Below, one piece after another: positions 26,611 to 37,335 of a DNA stretch of 57,580 nucleotides; within the stretch, counting starts at the first letter, position 1, and each line of letters begins with the position of its first letter. Under the pieces are notes generated by a model. The model worked only from the letters and a program-made list of their open reading frames with translations. It was not told the DNA's origin and ran no database searches. The stretch is from Candidatus Anoxychlamydiales bacterium (GTDB taxonomy: Bacteria > Chlamydiota > Chlamydiia > Chlamydiales > SM23-39): the NCBI GenBank assembly GCA_011065125.1, contig JAAKFI010000005.1, positions 1 to 57,580 of the forward strand, read 5' to 3'. A program made the position numbers and the translations under genes.

Positions 26611-28647
26611 ATGTTCGAGCTAAAGCTTGCTTTAAAATATTTAGTACCAAAAAAAAGAAGATTATCCTCTTCTTTAATATCTTTAATTTCGATATTTGTA
26701 ATAACAATTGTAGTTTGGCTTGTAATTGTATTCTTATCAGTGACCTCCGGAATAGAAAAAAATTGGCTTGATAAATTAACTACAATTAATGCTCCTATTA
26801 GAATATCTCCATCAAATCAATATTTTTCATCCTACTATTATAAAATTGATACCTTATCCTCAAACAGTGACTTTCAATTAAAAACAATTAATGAAAAATT
26901 AAACACCTCAATTTCTGATCCATATGATCCTGAAATGGATATGGAAATCCCCTCATACTTCCCTAAACCAGTATTAGATGAAAATAATAAATTATTGGAT
27001 CCAATAAAAAAAGCAGATGAAATACTATCAAAAATAAAAAAAGAAAAAGCAATTTCTTTTCAAGATTTTGAAGTAAGTTCTGCTATGCTAAGACTCAATC
27101 TTGATAGAATAAGCATTGATCCAAATACTTTAAATAAAGAAGAAAAGTTAAGTTTTTTAACTCAGATGAGTTATGTTTTATCACTTTGTGATGACAACCC
27201 TAAATTAAAATCAATAATTTTACCTTTAAACTCACAAGACATCTTTCAATTAGCTTACAAGGCAAATAGATCATTTGAAAACGCTATAACTGATCAAACA
27301 TCTTTTTTAACATACATTGATAAAAATAGTTTTTCAAAGAATCTAACTTCTATTTTTGAAAATATAAAAATAAAAAAAATTAAAATTTTAAATAATTATA
27401 AAATTGATACAAGCTTTCTTTTAAAAAACAAGGCATACAGCGCTTATTATTCAAGTGATAATTCATCAATATACATAACTAAAAACTCAAAACTTTCAAA
27501 AGGAAAAATTCTATTTGAAAATAATAATTTTATTTTCAAAGACAATAAAAATAAAAAGTTATTAAGTAATGAAAATATTTACATAAAAGATGACAGTTAT
27601 TTAGGTAATAATTTTTTAGTTGATTATAAAAATATAAAAACGATTAAAGATTTAAAAATACTTTGTAAAACAAATAATTTTAAAAAAGATCTTAGAATTC
27701 CTTTTTATAATTTAGATATTTTAGATTTTACATATAAAAATTTAAATGATTCTTCTATTAGTTTATATCAAAAAAATTCAAAAATATCCCTTCCTAAAAT
27801 AGAAGATTTTAATTCTATAATTTTACCTAAAAGTTATAAAAAAAATAATGTTTTAGTGGGTGATAGAGGATATCTATCATATACCACTTTAAGCGCAGCT
27901 TCTTCTCAAGAGATGAGAATACCAATATATGTCGCAGGTTTTTATGATCCAGGGGTATTTCCAATTGGTAATAGATGTATTATTACAGATCCTGAAATTC
28001 CAAGACAAATCAACTCCTTAGTAAATAACATCTCATACGACAACTCCCCTACAAATGGAATATTTGTTTGGCTAAATGACATAAAAAAAACAAATGAAAT
28101 AAAAACTGAGCTTATAAAAGAGTTTAAAGAAGCAAAAATCTTAGATTTTTTTGATATTTCAACTTATAAAGATTTTGAATTTTCAAAAGATATGATGCAG
28201 CAATTTCAAAGTGATAAAACTCTTTTTACCCTAATTGCAATTATTATATTAATAGCAGCATGCTCTAATATAATTTCTATGTTAGTACTTCTTGTAAATG
28301 ACAAGAAAAAAGAAATTGCTATTTTAAGATCAATGGGAACTAGCAAAAAAAGCATTGCTTTAATTTTTGGATTAACTGGAGCTATTACTGGAATAATAAG
28401 CTCACTACTTGGATTTTTATTAGCTGTTTTTACACTTAAAAATTTAAATTTTGTAATAAATATATTATCAAAAATTCAAGGCCACAGCTTCTTTAATGAA
28501 AACTTTTTTGGATCCACCATGCCAAATACTTTAAGTGTTAGTTCTTTAATATTTATAATCGTTACAACTACAGTTTTATCGATTTTAGCAGGATTGGTAC
28601 CTGCTATAAAAGCTACTTTAATAAACCCTTCTAAAACTCTTAGATAA
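26611..28647 (+). CDS. LolC/E (FtsX-family) lipoprotein-releasing ABC permease
   Basis: ALKYL.PK...ISLIS N-terminal TM; NIISMLVLLVNDKKKEIAILRSMG; adjacent to a LolD-like ATPase. Confidence 0.88.
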   Translation: MFELKLALKYLVPKKRRLSSSLISLISIFVITIVVWLVIVFLSVTSGIEKNWLDKLTTINAPIRISPSNQYFSSYYYKIDTLSSNSDFQLKTINEKLNTSISDPYDPEMDMEIPSYFPKPVLDENNKLLDPIKKADEILSKIKKEKAISFQDFEVSSAMLRLNLDRISIDPNTLNKEEKLSFLTQMSYVLSLCDDNPKLKSIILPLNSQDIFQLAYKANRSFENAITDQTSFLTYIDKNSFSKNLTSIFENIKIKKIKILNNYKIDTSFLLKNKAYSAYYSSDNSSIYITKNSKLSKGKILFENNNFIFKDNKNKKLLSNENIYIKDDSYLGNNFLVDYKNIKTIKDLKILCKTNNFKKDLRIPFYNLDILDFTYKNLNDSSISLYQKNSKISLPKIEDFNSIILPKSYKKNNVLVGDRGYLSYTTLSAASSQEMRIPIYVAGFYDPGVFPIGNRCIITDPEIPRQINSLVNNISYDNSPTNGIFVWLNDIKKTNEIKTELIKEFKEAKILDFFDISTYKDFEFSKDMMQQFQSDKTLFTLIAIIILIAACSNIISMLVLLVNDKKKEIAILRSMGTSKKSIALIFGLTGAITGIISSLLGFLLAVFTLKNLNFVINILSKIQGHSFFNENFFGSTMPNTLSVSSLIFIIVTTTVLSILAGLVPAIKATLINPSKTLR

Positions 28648-28648
28648 A

Positions 28649-29323
28649 ATGAAAAAAATACTAATCGCTAAATCCATTTTTAAATCTTATACAAGCAACA
28701 AAACTAAAAATATTATTTTAGAAAACATTGATTTAAATGTTTTTGAAAATGAATCAATTGCAATAATGGGAGCATCAGGTGAGGGAAAGACTACCCTTTT
28801 ACATATCTTAGCGGGATTAGAAAATATTGATTTAGGAAATATTGAAATTCTTGGAGAAAAAAAATATAGTAATAAACTCATAAATGAAAAAATTGGATTT
28901 ATATTCCAAAGTTACAATCTATTAAATGATTTAAGTGTAATCGATAACATTTTAATGCCAGCTAAAATAGCAAGAAAAAATATCTCTAAAACTTCCATTT
29001 ACTACAATAGAGCTATAAAAATGCTAGAAGAGATAAATTTAATAAATAAAAAAGATGATTTAGCAATCCACTTATCGGGCGGGGAAAAACAAAGAACTTC
29101 AATTGCAAGAGCTTTTTGTAATAATCCTGAAATTATTTTTGCAGATGAGCCCTCTGGTAATTTAGATAGTAAAAACTCTAAAGTAATTCATGATCTTTTA
29201 ATAAACAGCTGCAAAACTTATAAAAAAACACTAATCTTAGCAACTCACGATCTAGAGCTCGCAAAAATGTGCGATAAAATTTTTCAATTAAAAGATAAAA
29301 AATTAACCTCTTATACTTTTTAA
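28649..29323 (+). CDS. lolD: Lipoprotein-releasing ABC ATPase LolD
   Basis: GASGEGKT, LSGGEKQR, ADEPSGNLD, ATHD. Confidence 0.85.
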   Translation: MKKILIAKSIFKSYTSNKTKNIILENIDLNVFENESIAIMGASGEGKTTLLHILAGLENIDLGNIEILGEKKYSNKLINEKIGFIFQSYNLLNDLSVIDNILMPAKIARKNISKTSIYYNRAIKMLEEINLINKKDDLAIHLSGGEKQRTSIARAFCNNPEIIFADEPSGNLDSKNSKVIHDLLINSCKTYKKTLILATHDLELAKMCDKIFQLKDKKLTSYTF

Positions 29324-29378
29324 TCTACATATAAATTTATAAATTATTTACAATCATCCTTTTTAAAAGGAGAAATCA

Positions 29379-30728
29379 ATGAAAATTTTAATACTTGGAA
29401 CAGGATACGTTGGTTTAGTAACAGGCGCTTGTTTTTCTGAGATGGGACATTTAGTTACATGCTTAGACATTGATGAAGATAAAATTAATAAGTTAAATGA
29501 TGGAATAATACCAATTTACGAACCGGGACTTGAAGAGATAGTAAAGAGAAACAAAAAAAACAAAAGACTTCAATTTACAACTGATTATAAAAAAGCAGTA
29601 GAAAAAAATGATGCTATTTTTATATGCGTTCCAACTCCATCAAATGATGATGGATCTTGTAATTTATCTTTCATAAAAAAAGCTGCCATCTCCATTGCAA
29701 AAAATTTAAATGAATATAAATTAATAATAAATAAGTCAACAGCTCAAGTAGGGACTCTTTTTGAAGTAAGAGAAATAATAAAAAAAGAGTTAACAAGTCT
29801 AAATAAAGAAATAAATTTTGATGTTGCTTCTAACCCTGAGTTTTTAAAAGAAGGCTGTGCTATTACAGATTGCATGAAACCAGATAGAATAGTAATTGGA
29901 ATAGACTCTGATAAAGCTAAAAATATTTTATATGATATATATTCTGCTTTCAATATTAGAAAAGATAAGATAATTACAATGGATATTTTATCATCTGAAA
30001 TGACAAAATATGCAGCAAATGCAATGTTAGCTACTAGAATTTCTTTTATGAATGAGATAGCAACTATTTGTAAAAAAATAAATGCAAATGTAAATAATGT
30101 TAGAAAAGGAATAGGCTCTGATTCTAGAATAGGCTATTCATTTTTATATCCAGGAGTTGGTTACGGAGGATCATGCTTTCCAAAAGATTTAAAAGCGCTT
30201 GCATATATTGCTAAAAAAAATAATGTAAATCCAAAACTTTTAAATGCAGTTGAAGAGATAAATAATGATCAAAAAAAATATTTATCTAAAAACATTGAAA
30301 ATTACTTTAAAAATACAGGCGGAGTAAAAGATAAAACAATTGCAATTTGGGGACTTTCTTTTAAACCTGACACAGATGATATAAGAGAAGCGCCATCTCT
30401 TAATTTAATAAAAGATCTATTAAAAAAAGGAGCTACCTTAAGAGTATTTGATCCTGTTGCAATGGACAATATAAAAAAATACTTTGATAAAGAAAAAAAT
30501 ATTTCTTTTTGTGAAAGTGAAATAGAGGCTGCAAATGGATCCCATGCTATTGCCCTATTAACTGAATGGAAACAATTTAGGTTACTTGATTTCAAATCAA
30601 TTTTAAAAAATCTAAAACACAAAGTTATATTTGATGGTAGAAATCAATACCATCCAATAAAAATGAAAAATTTGGGATTTAATTACATTGGTATTGGAGT
30701 GCCAGATCAAATTCAAAATGAAAAATAA
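29379..30728 (+). CDS. ugd: UDP-glucose 6-dehydrogenase
   Basis: GTGYVGL, PIYEPGL, SNPEFLKEG, GYGGSCFPKD, FKPDTDD.R. Confidence 0.95.
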   Translation: MKILILGTGYVGLVTGACFSEMGHLVTCLDIDEDKINKLNDGIIPIYEPGLEEIVKRNKKNKRLQFTTDYKKAVEKNDAIFICVPTPSNDDGSCNLSFIKKAAISIAKNLNEYKLIINKSTAQVGTLFEVREIIKKELTSLNKEINFDVASNPEFLKEGCAITDCMKPDRIVIGIDSDKAKNILYDIYSAFNIRKDKIITMDILSSEMTKYAANAMLATRISFMNEIATICKKINANVNNVRKGIGSDSRIGYSFLYPGVGYGGSCFPKDLKALAYIAKKNNVNPKLLNAVEEINNDQKKYLSKNIENYFKNTGGVKDKTIAIWGLSFKPDTDDIREAPSLNLIKDLLKKGATLRVFDPVAMDNIKKYFDKEKNISFCESEIEAANGSHAIALLTEWKQFRLLDFKSILKNLKHKVIFDGRNQYHPIKMKNLGFNYIGIGVPDQIQNEK

Positions 30729-31569
30729 AATTGAAAAAATTAATAATAAATTATCTAATTTATTTGAAGTAGAAAAAAAGCCTCATAAAATTTTATATGA
30801 AGCTATTAATTATTCTATATCTTCAAAAGCTAAAAGACTAAGACCTCTACTTACGCTTTTGATTTGTGAAGCTTATAATGTAAATTTAGATAGCTCAATA
30901 GACGCTTCTATTGCAATAGAGCTGATTCATACATACTCTTTAATACATGATGATCTTCCATGCATGGATGATGATGATTTAAGAAGAGGAAAACCTAGTT
31001 TACATAAAAAATATAATGAATGGCTTGCTATACTTACAGGAGATAGTATTTTAACTTATGCATTTGAGTTGATTTGTAATATAAAAAACTTAAGCCATGA
31101 AAAAAAAATAAAATTAATAAGTTCTTTATCAAAATATGCTGGAAAAGATCATTTAATAGCAGGACAAGTAATAGATTTGATGTCAGAAAATTCTAATATA
31201 AATTTTGAAACATTAAAATTCATGCATGTAAATAAAACGGCATCTTTATTTATTTGTGCAGCGGAATTTGGTGCGATACTTTGTGATGCAACAAAAAGCG
31301 ATTTTGAAAATCTAAAATTATTTGCTTATAATTTAGGTTTAGCCTTTCAAATAAGAGATGATATTTTAGATGAAAATTCTACAACGAAAGATCTTGGAAA
31401 AAAAATAAAAAGTGATATTAAAAAAAATAAATCTACAGCTCTTACTATACTAGGCTTAGAAAAAGCCAAAAACTTGGAGAAAGAATTATATGATTTAGCA
31501 TATAATCACTTATCTAAGCTTTCTATTAATACACAATCATTAAATGACTTTATAAAGATTTTGAAATAA
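30718..31569 (+). CDS. ispA: Polyprenyl (farnesyl/geranylgeranyl) diphosphate synthase
   Basis: KRLRP, IHTYSLIHDDLPCMDDDDLRRGKP, GQ..D, FQIRDDILD. Confidence 0.93.
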   Translation: MKNKIEKINNKLSNLFEVEKKPHKILYEAINYSISSKAKRLRPLLTLLICEAYNVNLDSSIDASIAIELIHTYSLIHDDLPCMDDDDLRRGKPSLHKKYNEWLAILTGDSILTYAFELICNIKNLSHEKKIKLISSLSKYAGKDHLIAGQVIDLMSENSNINFETLKFMHVNKTASLFICAAEFGAILCDATKSDFENLKLFAYNLGLAFQIRDDILDENSTTKDLGKKIKSDIKKNKSTALTILGLEKAKNLEKELYDLAYNHLSKLSINTQSLNDFIKILK

Positions 31570-31648
31570 TTTTTAAAAAAAAATCAAATATTTCTAACCC
31601 TAAAGTAAATTATATAAAAAATATTAATACTTTGTTAGAATCAAAACC

Positions 31649-32326
31649 ATGCTAAACTTTAATAAAAGAAATTACAGATATCCTATTAAACACAAACCTA
31701 TAAAAAGGATCTTTGATATATTTTTTTGTATATTTATTGTAGTTTTATTACTTCCTTTGTATCTAATAATATCGTTAATTATTTTATTTTCTACTAAAGG
31801 ACCAATTTTTTATATTTCCAAAAGACTTGGTAGAGGTGGAGTAATTATAAATTGCATAAAATTCAGAACCATGCACACAAATGCAGATCAAAAGTTAAAA
31901 GACCTTTTAAATAAAAATATTGCTTTAAAAAAAGAGTGGAGAAAATTTCAAAAATTAAAAAAGGATCCAAGAATTACTAAAATTGGTCAATTTCTAAGAA
32001 AAACATCCTTAGATGAACTTCCTCAATTTTTCAATGTTTTAAAAGGAGATCTTAGTATTGTTGGCCCTAGACCTTTTGTTTTAATGGGTCCTGTTAATGA
32101 ATTTGATAAAGAGATAAAAATTTATCTAAAAGATAAAACTAAAAAAATACTATCAATTAGGCCTGGGATTACTGGACTCTGGCAAGTATCAGGAAGAAGT
32201 GAAATCACAATAGAAGAAAGACTTAAAATAGAAGAAAACTACATTGACACTCAATCTTTTTTTAAAGATCTATATTTAATTTTAAAAACTATAAAAATTA
32301 TATTTTTTCCAAAAGGTGCTTTTTAA
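31649..32326 (+). CDS. Small monotopic polyprenyl-phosphate phosphoglycosyltransferase (WbaP/WcaJ C-terminal type)
   Basis: KRIFDI, KFRTM, DPRITKIG.FLRKTSLDELPQ, GPRP, RPGITGLWQVSGRS. Confidence 0.93.
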   Translation: MLNFNKRNYRYPIKHKPIKRIFDIFFCIFIVVLLLPLYLIISLIILFSTKGPIFYISKRLGRGGVIINCIKFRTMHTNADQKLKDLLNKNIALKKEWRKFQKLKKDPRITKIGQFLRKTSLDELPQFFNVLKGDLSIVGPRPFVLMGPVNEFDKEIKIYLKDKTKKILSIRPGITGLWQVSGRSEITIEERLKIEENYIDTQSFFKDLYLILKTIKIIFFPKGAF

Positions 32327-33321
32327 TGAGCCAAAATATAATAGTAACTGGCGGAGCTGGGTATATTGGCTCTCATATGTGTAAAGTACTAAAAGAAAAA
32401 AACTATCATCCTATTACAATAGATAATTTATCAACTGGCCATAAAGAATCAGTAAAATATGGTGATTTTATACAAGGTGATATAAAAGATTATGATCTTT
32501 TAATTGATACTTTTAAAAAATATAATCCGATAGGTGTAATGCATTTTGCAGCATGCGCAATCGTCTCTGAATCTATGGAAGATCCAAAAAAATATTATTC
32601 GAATAATACTTCAAATACCATTAACTTATTAAATGCAATGATTGAAGCTAATATTAAAAATATAATATTTTCATCAACTTGCGCAACTTATGGAATTCCA
32701 CAATTCACTCCCTTAACTGAAGATCACCCAACAAATCCTATATCTCCTTATGGACAATCCAAACTTATGATTGAAAAGATCTTAAAAGATTATTCAAAAG
32801 CATACTCTTTAAACTATGCAGCGCTTAGATATTTTAATGCAGCTGGTGCTGATATAGATTTAGATATTGGTGAAAAACATGAAATGGAAACACATTTAAT
32901 ACCAATTGCAATTGAAACCGCTTTAAATGTAAGAGATATTTTAAATGTCTATGGCTGTGATTTTGAAACAAAAGATAAAACAGCAATAAGAGATTATATT
33001 CATGTTTTAGATTTAGCATCTGCTCATATTAAAGCACTAGAATATATTCAAAAAAACAATAAAAGCATCACTTTAAATTTAGGTACTGAAAATGGTTTTT
33101 CTGTTCTTGAAGTTGTAGATATGGTTGAAAAAATATCTGGTAAAAAACTAAAAATTAAGTTAACAAATAAAAGAGAAGGCGATCCGGCTAAACTATTTGC
33201 AAATGCAAATTTAGCTAAAAAACTTTTAAATTGGGAATTAAAACATTCCTCTTTAGAAACAATAGTAAATACGGCATATAGATGGCATCAAAAACAACAG
33301 AAAGTAGTTTTAAAGAAGTAA
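32326..33321 (+). CDS. galE: UDP-glucose 4-epimerase
   Basis: TGGAGYIGSH, FSST.ATYG, YGQSK, LRYFNAAG, RDYIHV.DLA.AH. Confidence 0.96.
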   Translation: MSQNIIVTGGAGYIGSHMCKVLKEKNYHPITIDNLSTGHKESVKYGDFIQGDIKDYDLLIDTFKKYNPIGVMHFAACAIVSESMEDPKKYYSNNTSNTINLLNAMIEANIKNIIFSSTCATYGIPQFTPLTEDHPTNPISPYGQSKLMIEKILKDYSKAYSLNYAALRYFNAAGADIDLDIGEKHEMETHLIPIAIETALNVRDILNVYGCDFETKDKTAIRDYIHVLDLASAHIKALEYIQKNNKSITLNLGTENGFSVLEVVDMVEKISGKKLKIKLTNKREGDPAKLFANANLAKKLLNWELKHSSLETIVNTAYRWHQKQQKVVLKK

Positions 33322-33839
33322 TATTTTTATTTTTTTTAACAGTATTTTATACTTTTTTTTTAAATAAACATTTACATTTTATAAAGCTTATTTATTTCGC
33401 ACCTTTTATTACTTTAATATTTTATAAAACATCAATTTATACATCACTTTGGCTAAGTATTATCTGTGGATTAATTATCGATCTTTTTTCTTCTTCTTAC
33501 TTTGGACTCAATGCTATTTGCTATAGTGCAACTACAATATTTTTATATAATGAAAAAAAATATTTTTCTTATAAAAATATAAATATATTTATTTTTACAA
33601 CTATTTATTCATTTATATTTTCTATGTTCTATCCCCTTTCTTTATTTATTTTTGAAAAAGGAATTAAAATTACTTTAAAATGGATGATAAGTGATCTGGT
33701 AATAATGCCTTTAACGGATGGGGCCTATGCATTTTTATTATTTTCACTACCCTTAATTTTATTACAAAAAACTAAAACAATTAAACTACAAAATTTATGG
33801 AAAAGATTCAAAAGAAAGAGTTTTCGAAGATCACAATAG
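33282..33839 (+). CDS. Multi-pass membrane protein, MreD-like
   Basis: About 5 hydrophobic helices; GLIIDLFSSSYFGLNAICY resembles the MreD G-L-x-x-D...G motif. Confidence 0.55.
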   Translation: MASKTTESSFKEVIFLFFLTVFYTFFLNKHLHFIKLIYFAPFITLIFYKTSIYTSLWLSIICGLIIDLFSSSYFGLNAICYSATTIFLYNEKKYFSYKNINIFIFTTIYSFIFSMFYPLSLFIFEKGIKITLKWMISDLVIMPLTDGAYAFLLFSLPLILLQKTKTIKLQNLWKRFKRKSFRRSQ

Positions 33840-34606
33840 TTGCAATAGATGCAGCTATAATTGCAGGTGATCTTTTAAAAAAAGGTTTTTTTACTAAATA
33901 CAAAATTGATAAAAAACAAGGAAAACATAATTTAGTCACTGAATATGATTTTTTATCGGAAAAAACAATAATATCATATATAAAAAAAATATTTCCAACA
34001 CATAGTTTTTTGTCAGAAGAATGTGGTAGAATAAATAACTCTAATGAAGTTATATGGATAATCGATCCTCTTGATGGCACTGTGAATTTCGCACATAAAG
34101 TCCCTATTTTTTCAGTAAGCATTGCAGCTATTGAAAAAAATCAAACTGTATCTGGAGTAATATATCAACCTCTTTCAAATGAGCTTTTTGTAGCTGAGAA
34201 AAACACCGGATCTTTTTTAAATTACAAAAAAATAGAAGTTACACAAACCAAAATGTTAGATGATGCTCTTTTAGCTACTGGTTTCCCATATAATTTTGAT
34301 GAGAACCCAAATCATTGCTTAGATAGATTTTCAAATATTTTAAAAAAGGGACTTCCTATCAGAAGACTTGGATGCGCTTCAATTGATTTAGCATATGTAG
34401 CCAGTGGTATTTTCGATGCATTTTGGGAGACAGGCCTTGGTGCTTGGGATGTTGCAGCTGGTAATTTATTAATTGAAGAAGCGGGTGGTATAATAAGTGA
34501 TTTTGAGAATAAAAAATTTCAAATTAAAGATACAAATAATGCTCTTTTAGCAAGTAATAAAATATTGCACAATGACATTTTAAAGGTTTTAAATGAAAAT
34601 TATTAA
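33797..34606 (+). CDS. suhB: Inositol monophosphatase family protein
   Basis: LVTEYD, WIIDPLDGTVNF, ATGFPY, WDVAAG. Confidence 0.92.
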   Translation: MEKIQKKEFSKITIVAIDAAIIAGDLLKKGFFTKYKIDKKQGKHNLVTEYDFLSEKTIISYIKKIFPTHSFLSEECGRINNSNEVIWIIDPLDGTVNFAHKVPIFSVSIAAIEKNQTVSGVIYQPLSNELFVAEKNTGSFLNYKKIEVTQTKMLDDALLATGFPYNFDENPNHCLDRFSNILKKGLPIRRLGCASIDLAYVASGIFDAFWETGLGAWDVAAGNLLIEEAGGIISDFENKKFQIKDTNNALLASNKILHNDILKVLNENY

Positions 34607-35462
34607 TGGAAAAGAGATAGCTGATAAGATTATTTTAGATATAAAAAATGAAATAATTTCTAAAAATTTAAATGTAGGTCTTGCTGTTATTTTAATAGGT
34701 GACGATTTTGCATCTAAAACGTATGTAAGAATGAAAAGAAAAAAATGTCTTGATGCAAATATTAATTCTTATTTATTTGAATATTCAAATTCCATTGATG
34801 AAAAGACAATTATAGATAAAATTCATGCATTAAATAATGATGATAAGATAGATGGAATTTTAGTTCAGCTTCCCCTGCCAAAACATATAAGTATAAAAAC
34901 AGTAATTGAAGCAATTGATCCTAATAAAGATATAGATGGATTTCATCCAATAAATGTTGGTAAAGTGCTTCTTGGATACGATGATACTATTTTTCCATGC
35001 ACTCCACTTGGAATTAAAATACTACTTGAAAAAACAAAAATTGATCTTACTGGCAAACATGTTGTAATTATTGGAAGGTCCAATTTAGTTGGTAAGCCTC
35101 TTTTTGCTATGCTTGTTCAAAATAAAAAAAAATTGAATGCAACAGTTACTATATGTCACTCTTATACAAAAGATCTAAAGCAAATTGCCTTATCTGCTGA
35201 TATTATAATAGCTGCAATTGGCAAAGCCAATTTTATAACTAAAGATTTTATTAAAAAAGGTAGTATAGTTATAGATGTTGGTATAAATTATGAAAACCAA
35301 AGTGATGGAACTAAAAAAATAGTAGGCGATGTTGACTATGAGAATGTAAAAGAATTATGTTCATATATTACTCCAGTACCTAAAGGAGTAGGACCTATGA
35401 CGATAGCAATGCTTTTAAAAAACAGTTTAATTTGCCATAAAAAAAATAAAAAATATGAATAA
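34593..35462 (+). CDS. folD: Methylenetetrahydrofolate dehydrogenase/cyclohydrolase
   Basis: GILVQLPLP, KDIDGFHP, PCTP.G, GRSNLVGKP, TPVPKGVGPMT. Confidence 0.97.
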   Translation: MKIINGKEIADKIILDIKNEIISKNLNVGLAVILIGDDFASKTYVRMKRKKCLDANINSYLFEYSNSIDEKTIIDKIHALNNDDKIDGILVQLPLPKHISIKTVIEAIDPNKDIDGFHPINVGKVLLGYDDTIFPCTPLGIKILLEKTKIDLTGKHVVIIGRSNLVGKPLFAMLVQNKKKLNATVTICHSYTKDLKQIALSADIIIAAIGKANFITKDFIKKGSIVIDVGINYENQSDGTKKIVGDVDYENVKELCSYITPVPKGVGPMTIAMLLKNSLICHKKNKKYE

Positions 35463-37335
35463 AAGAATAATTGGAATTTTTCATGCAAATCCAAGAGGAT
35501 TTGGATTTGTAGAGACAGAAGATAAAGATACAACCGGTATTTTTATTTCTAAGGCAGATAAAAATAAAGCAATTGATTTAGATATTGTTGAAGTTGAGAT
35601 TAAAGAAAACCCTCTTAAGGGAATAGAAGGCAAAATTGTAGAAATCATAAAAAGAGAAAAAAATACTTTTGTTGGCATTGTAAAAGATACATCAAAAAAA
35701 AATTATCTTGTCTACGTTCCTATTTTAGGGTTTAAATCATTAGTAGAATTACAATCAGAAGAACTCCTAAAAATCGGTGATAGAGTAGAGATTCTAATCA
35801 CAAAATGGCCTAAAGATGAAAAAGATATGATTGAAGCTAAATTAAAAAAATATTTAGCTCATATAAGCGAAGCTTCCAAAGACACCTACTGCGCAATAAT
35901 AGAATATAATATTAAAGAAGAGTTTGATGATAAAACAAAAAACGAAGCAAAAAATCTAAAAATAACAAATGAAGATTTAAAAAAAAGAAAAGACTTAACT
36001 AATTTAAATGCAGTTACCATAGATCCTAAAACAGCTAGAGATTTTGATGATGCGATATCTATTACAAAACATCCAAACAATACTTTTAGTTTAGGTGTTC
36101 ATATCACGGATGTTTCTTTTTTTGTAAAAGCAAATTCATTTTTAGATATTGAAGCTGCGAAAAGAGGAAACTCTGTATATTTCCCCTCTCAATGTATTCC
36201 TATGCTCCCAAAAGAGTTGTCTAATAATTTATGTTCCCTAAAAGAAGATCAAAAAAGAATAACTGTAAGTGTTTTAATGGATTTTGATGAAAATGGGGAT
36301 TTAAAAAAATATGACATTGTAAGATCATATATTAAAAGCAAAAAAAGATTTTCCTATGAACAAGCTTACTCTATTTTAAAATCCAAGAAAGAAAACAAAT
36401 ATAAAAATGATCTTGAAAATATGACTAAGCTATGTGAAGTCCTAAAAAAGAAAAGATTTGATAGAGGATCTATAGACTTTGCACTTTCTGATAGCATAAT
36501 AATATTAGATGAAAATGAAAATCCGATAAAAATAGAAGTTGTTGAATATGATATTACACATCAAATGATAGAAGAGTTCATGTTAAAAGCTAATGAAGTT
36601 ATTGCTTATCATTTGGATAAAAAAAAGAAAAAATTAATTTTTAGAATTCATGAAGAACCTTCTGTTGAAAATTTAGAAGAATTTTTTGGTTTTGCAAGAT
36701 CACTTGGTTTTTATCTTCCTAAAAATCCAAAAACAAAAGACATCCAAAAACTTTTTATAGAAGCTAAGAAAACAAAATATTTGAAACTACTTTCTATAAA
36801 TTTCATAAAAAGCATGAAGCTTGCAATCTATTCAAAAGAAAACATAGGACATTTTGGTTTAGCGCTTGAGCATTATACTCATTTCACCTCTCCTATTAGA
36901 AGATATAGCGATCTTGTAATTCAAAGAATATTATTTGAAGAAGAAGATATAGATATAAATTTAAAAGATATTTCAAAAGCAACATCTGAGAAAGAAAGAA
37001 ATGCAGCTAAAGCAGAAAACTCTGTTATTTTTTTAAAAAAAATTAGATTATTAAAAAAATTCTATAAAGAAGATCCCAATAAAAAATATCAAGCTACAAT
37101 TACAAAAATCAAACCTTTTGGGATAATTTTTGAAATAGATGAATTAATGTTAGATGGATTTATAAATTTAGCAGACATTGAATATGATTATTTCTTATTT
37201 GAAGAGACTTATTTAAGAGGCAGAAGAACTAAACAAAAACTAACTTACTCTGATAAAATACATATCCAAATTAAAAGCATAGATCTAATAACCCAAGATG
37301 TTAGATATTTTATTTCTAGAAGAAAAAGAAAATGA
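35455..37335 (+). CDS. rnr: Ribonuclease R (RNB family)
   Basis: GFGFV CSD, TIDP.TARDFDDA, EEFMLKANE, HFGLA...YTHFTSPIRRY.DL, C-terminal S1. Confidence 0.95.
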   Translation: MNKRIIGIFHANPRGFGFVETEDKDTTGIFISKADKNKAIDLDIVEVEIKENPLKGIEGKIVEIIKREKNTFVGIVKDTSKKNYLVYVPILGFKSLVELQSEELLKIGDRVEILITKWPKDEKDMIEAKLKKYLAHISEASKDTYCAIIEYNIKEEFDDKTKNEAKNLKITNEDLKKRKDLTNLNAVTIDPKTARDFDDAISITKHPNNTFSLGVHITDVSFFVKANSFLDIEAAKRGNSVYFPSQCIPMLPKELSNNLCSLKEDQKRITVSVLMDFDENGDLKKYDIVRSYIKSKKRFSYEQAYSILKSKKENKYKNDLENMTKLCEVLKKKRFDRGSIDFALSDSIIILDENENPIKIEVVEYDITHQMIEEFMLKANEVIAYHLDKKKKKLIFRIHEEPSVENLEEFFGFARSLGFYLPKNPKTKDIQKLFIEAKKTKYLKLLSINFIKSMKLAIYSKENIGHFGLALEHYTHFTSPIRRYSDLVIQRILFEEEDIDINLKDISKATSEKERNAAKAENSVIFLKKIRLLKKFYKEDPNKKYQATITKIKPFGIIFEIDELMLDGFINLADIEYDYFLFEETYLRGRRTKQKLTYSDKIHIQIKSIDLITQDVRYFISRRKRK

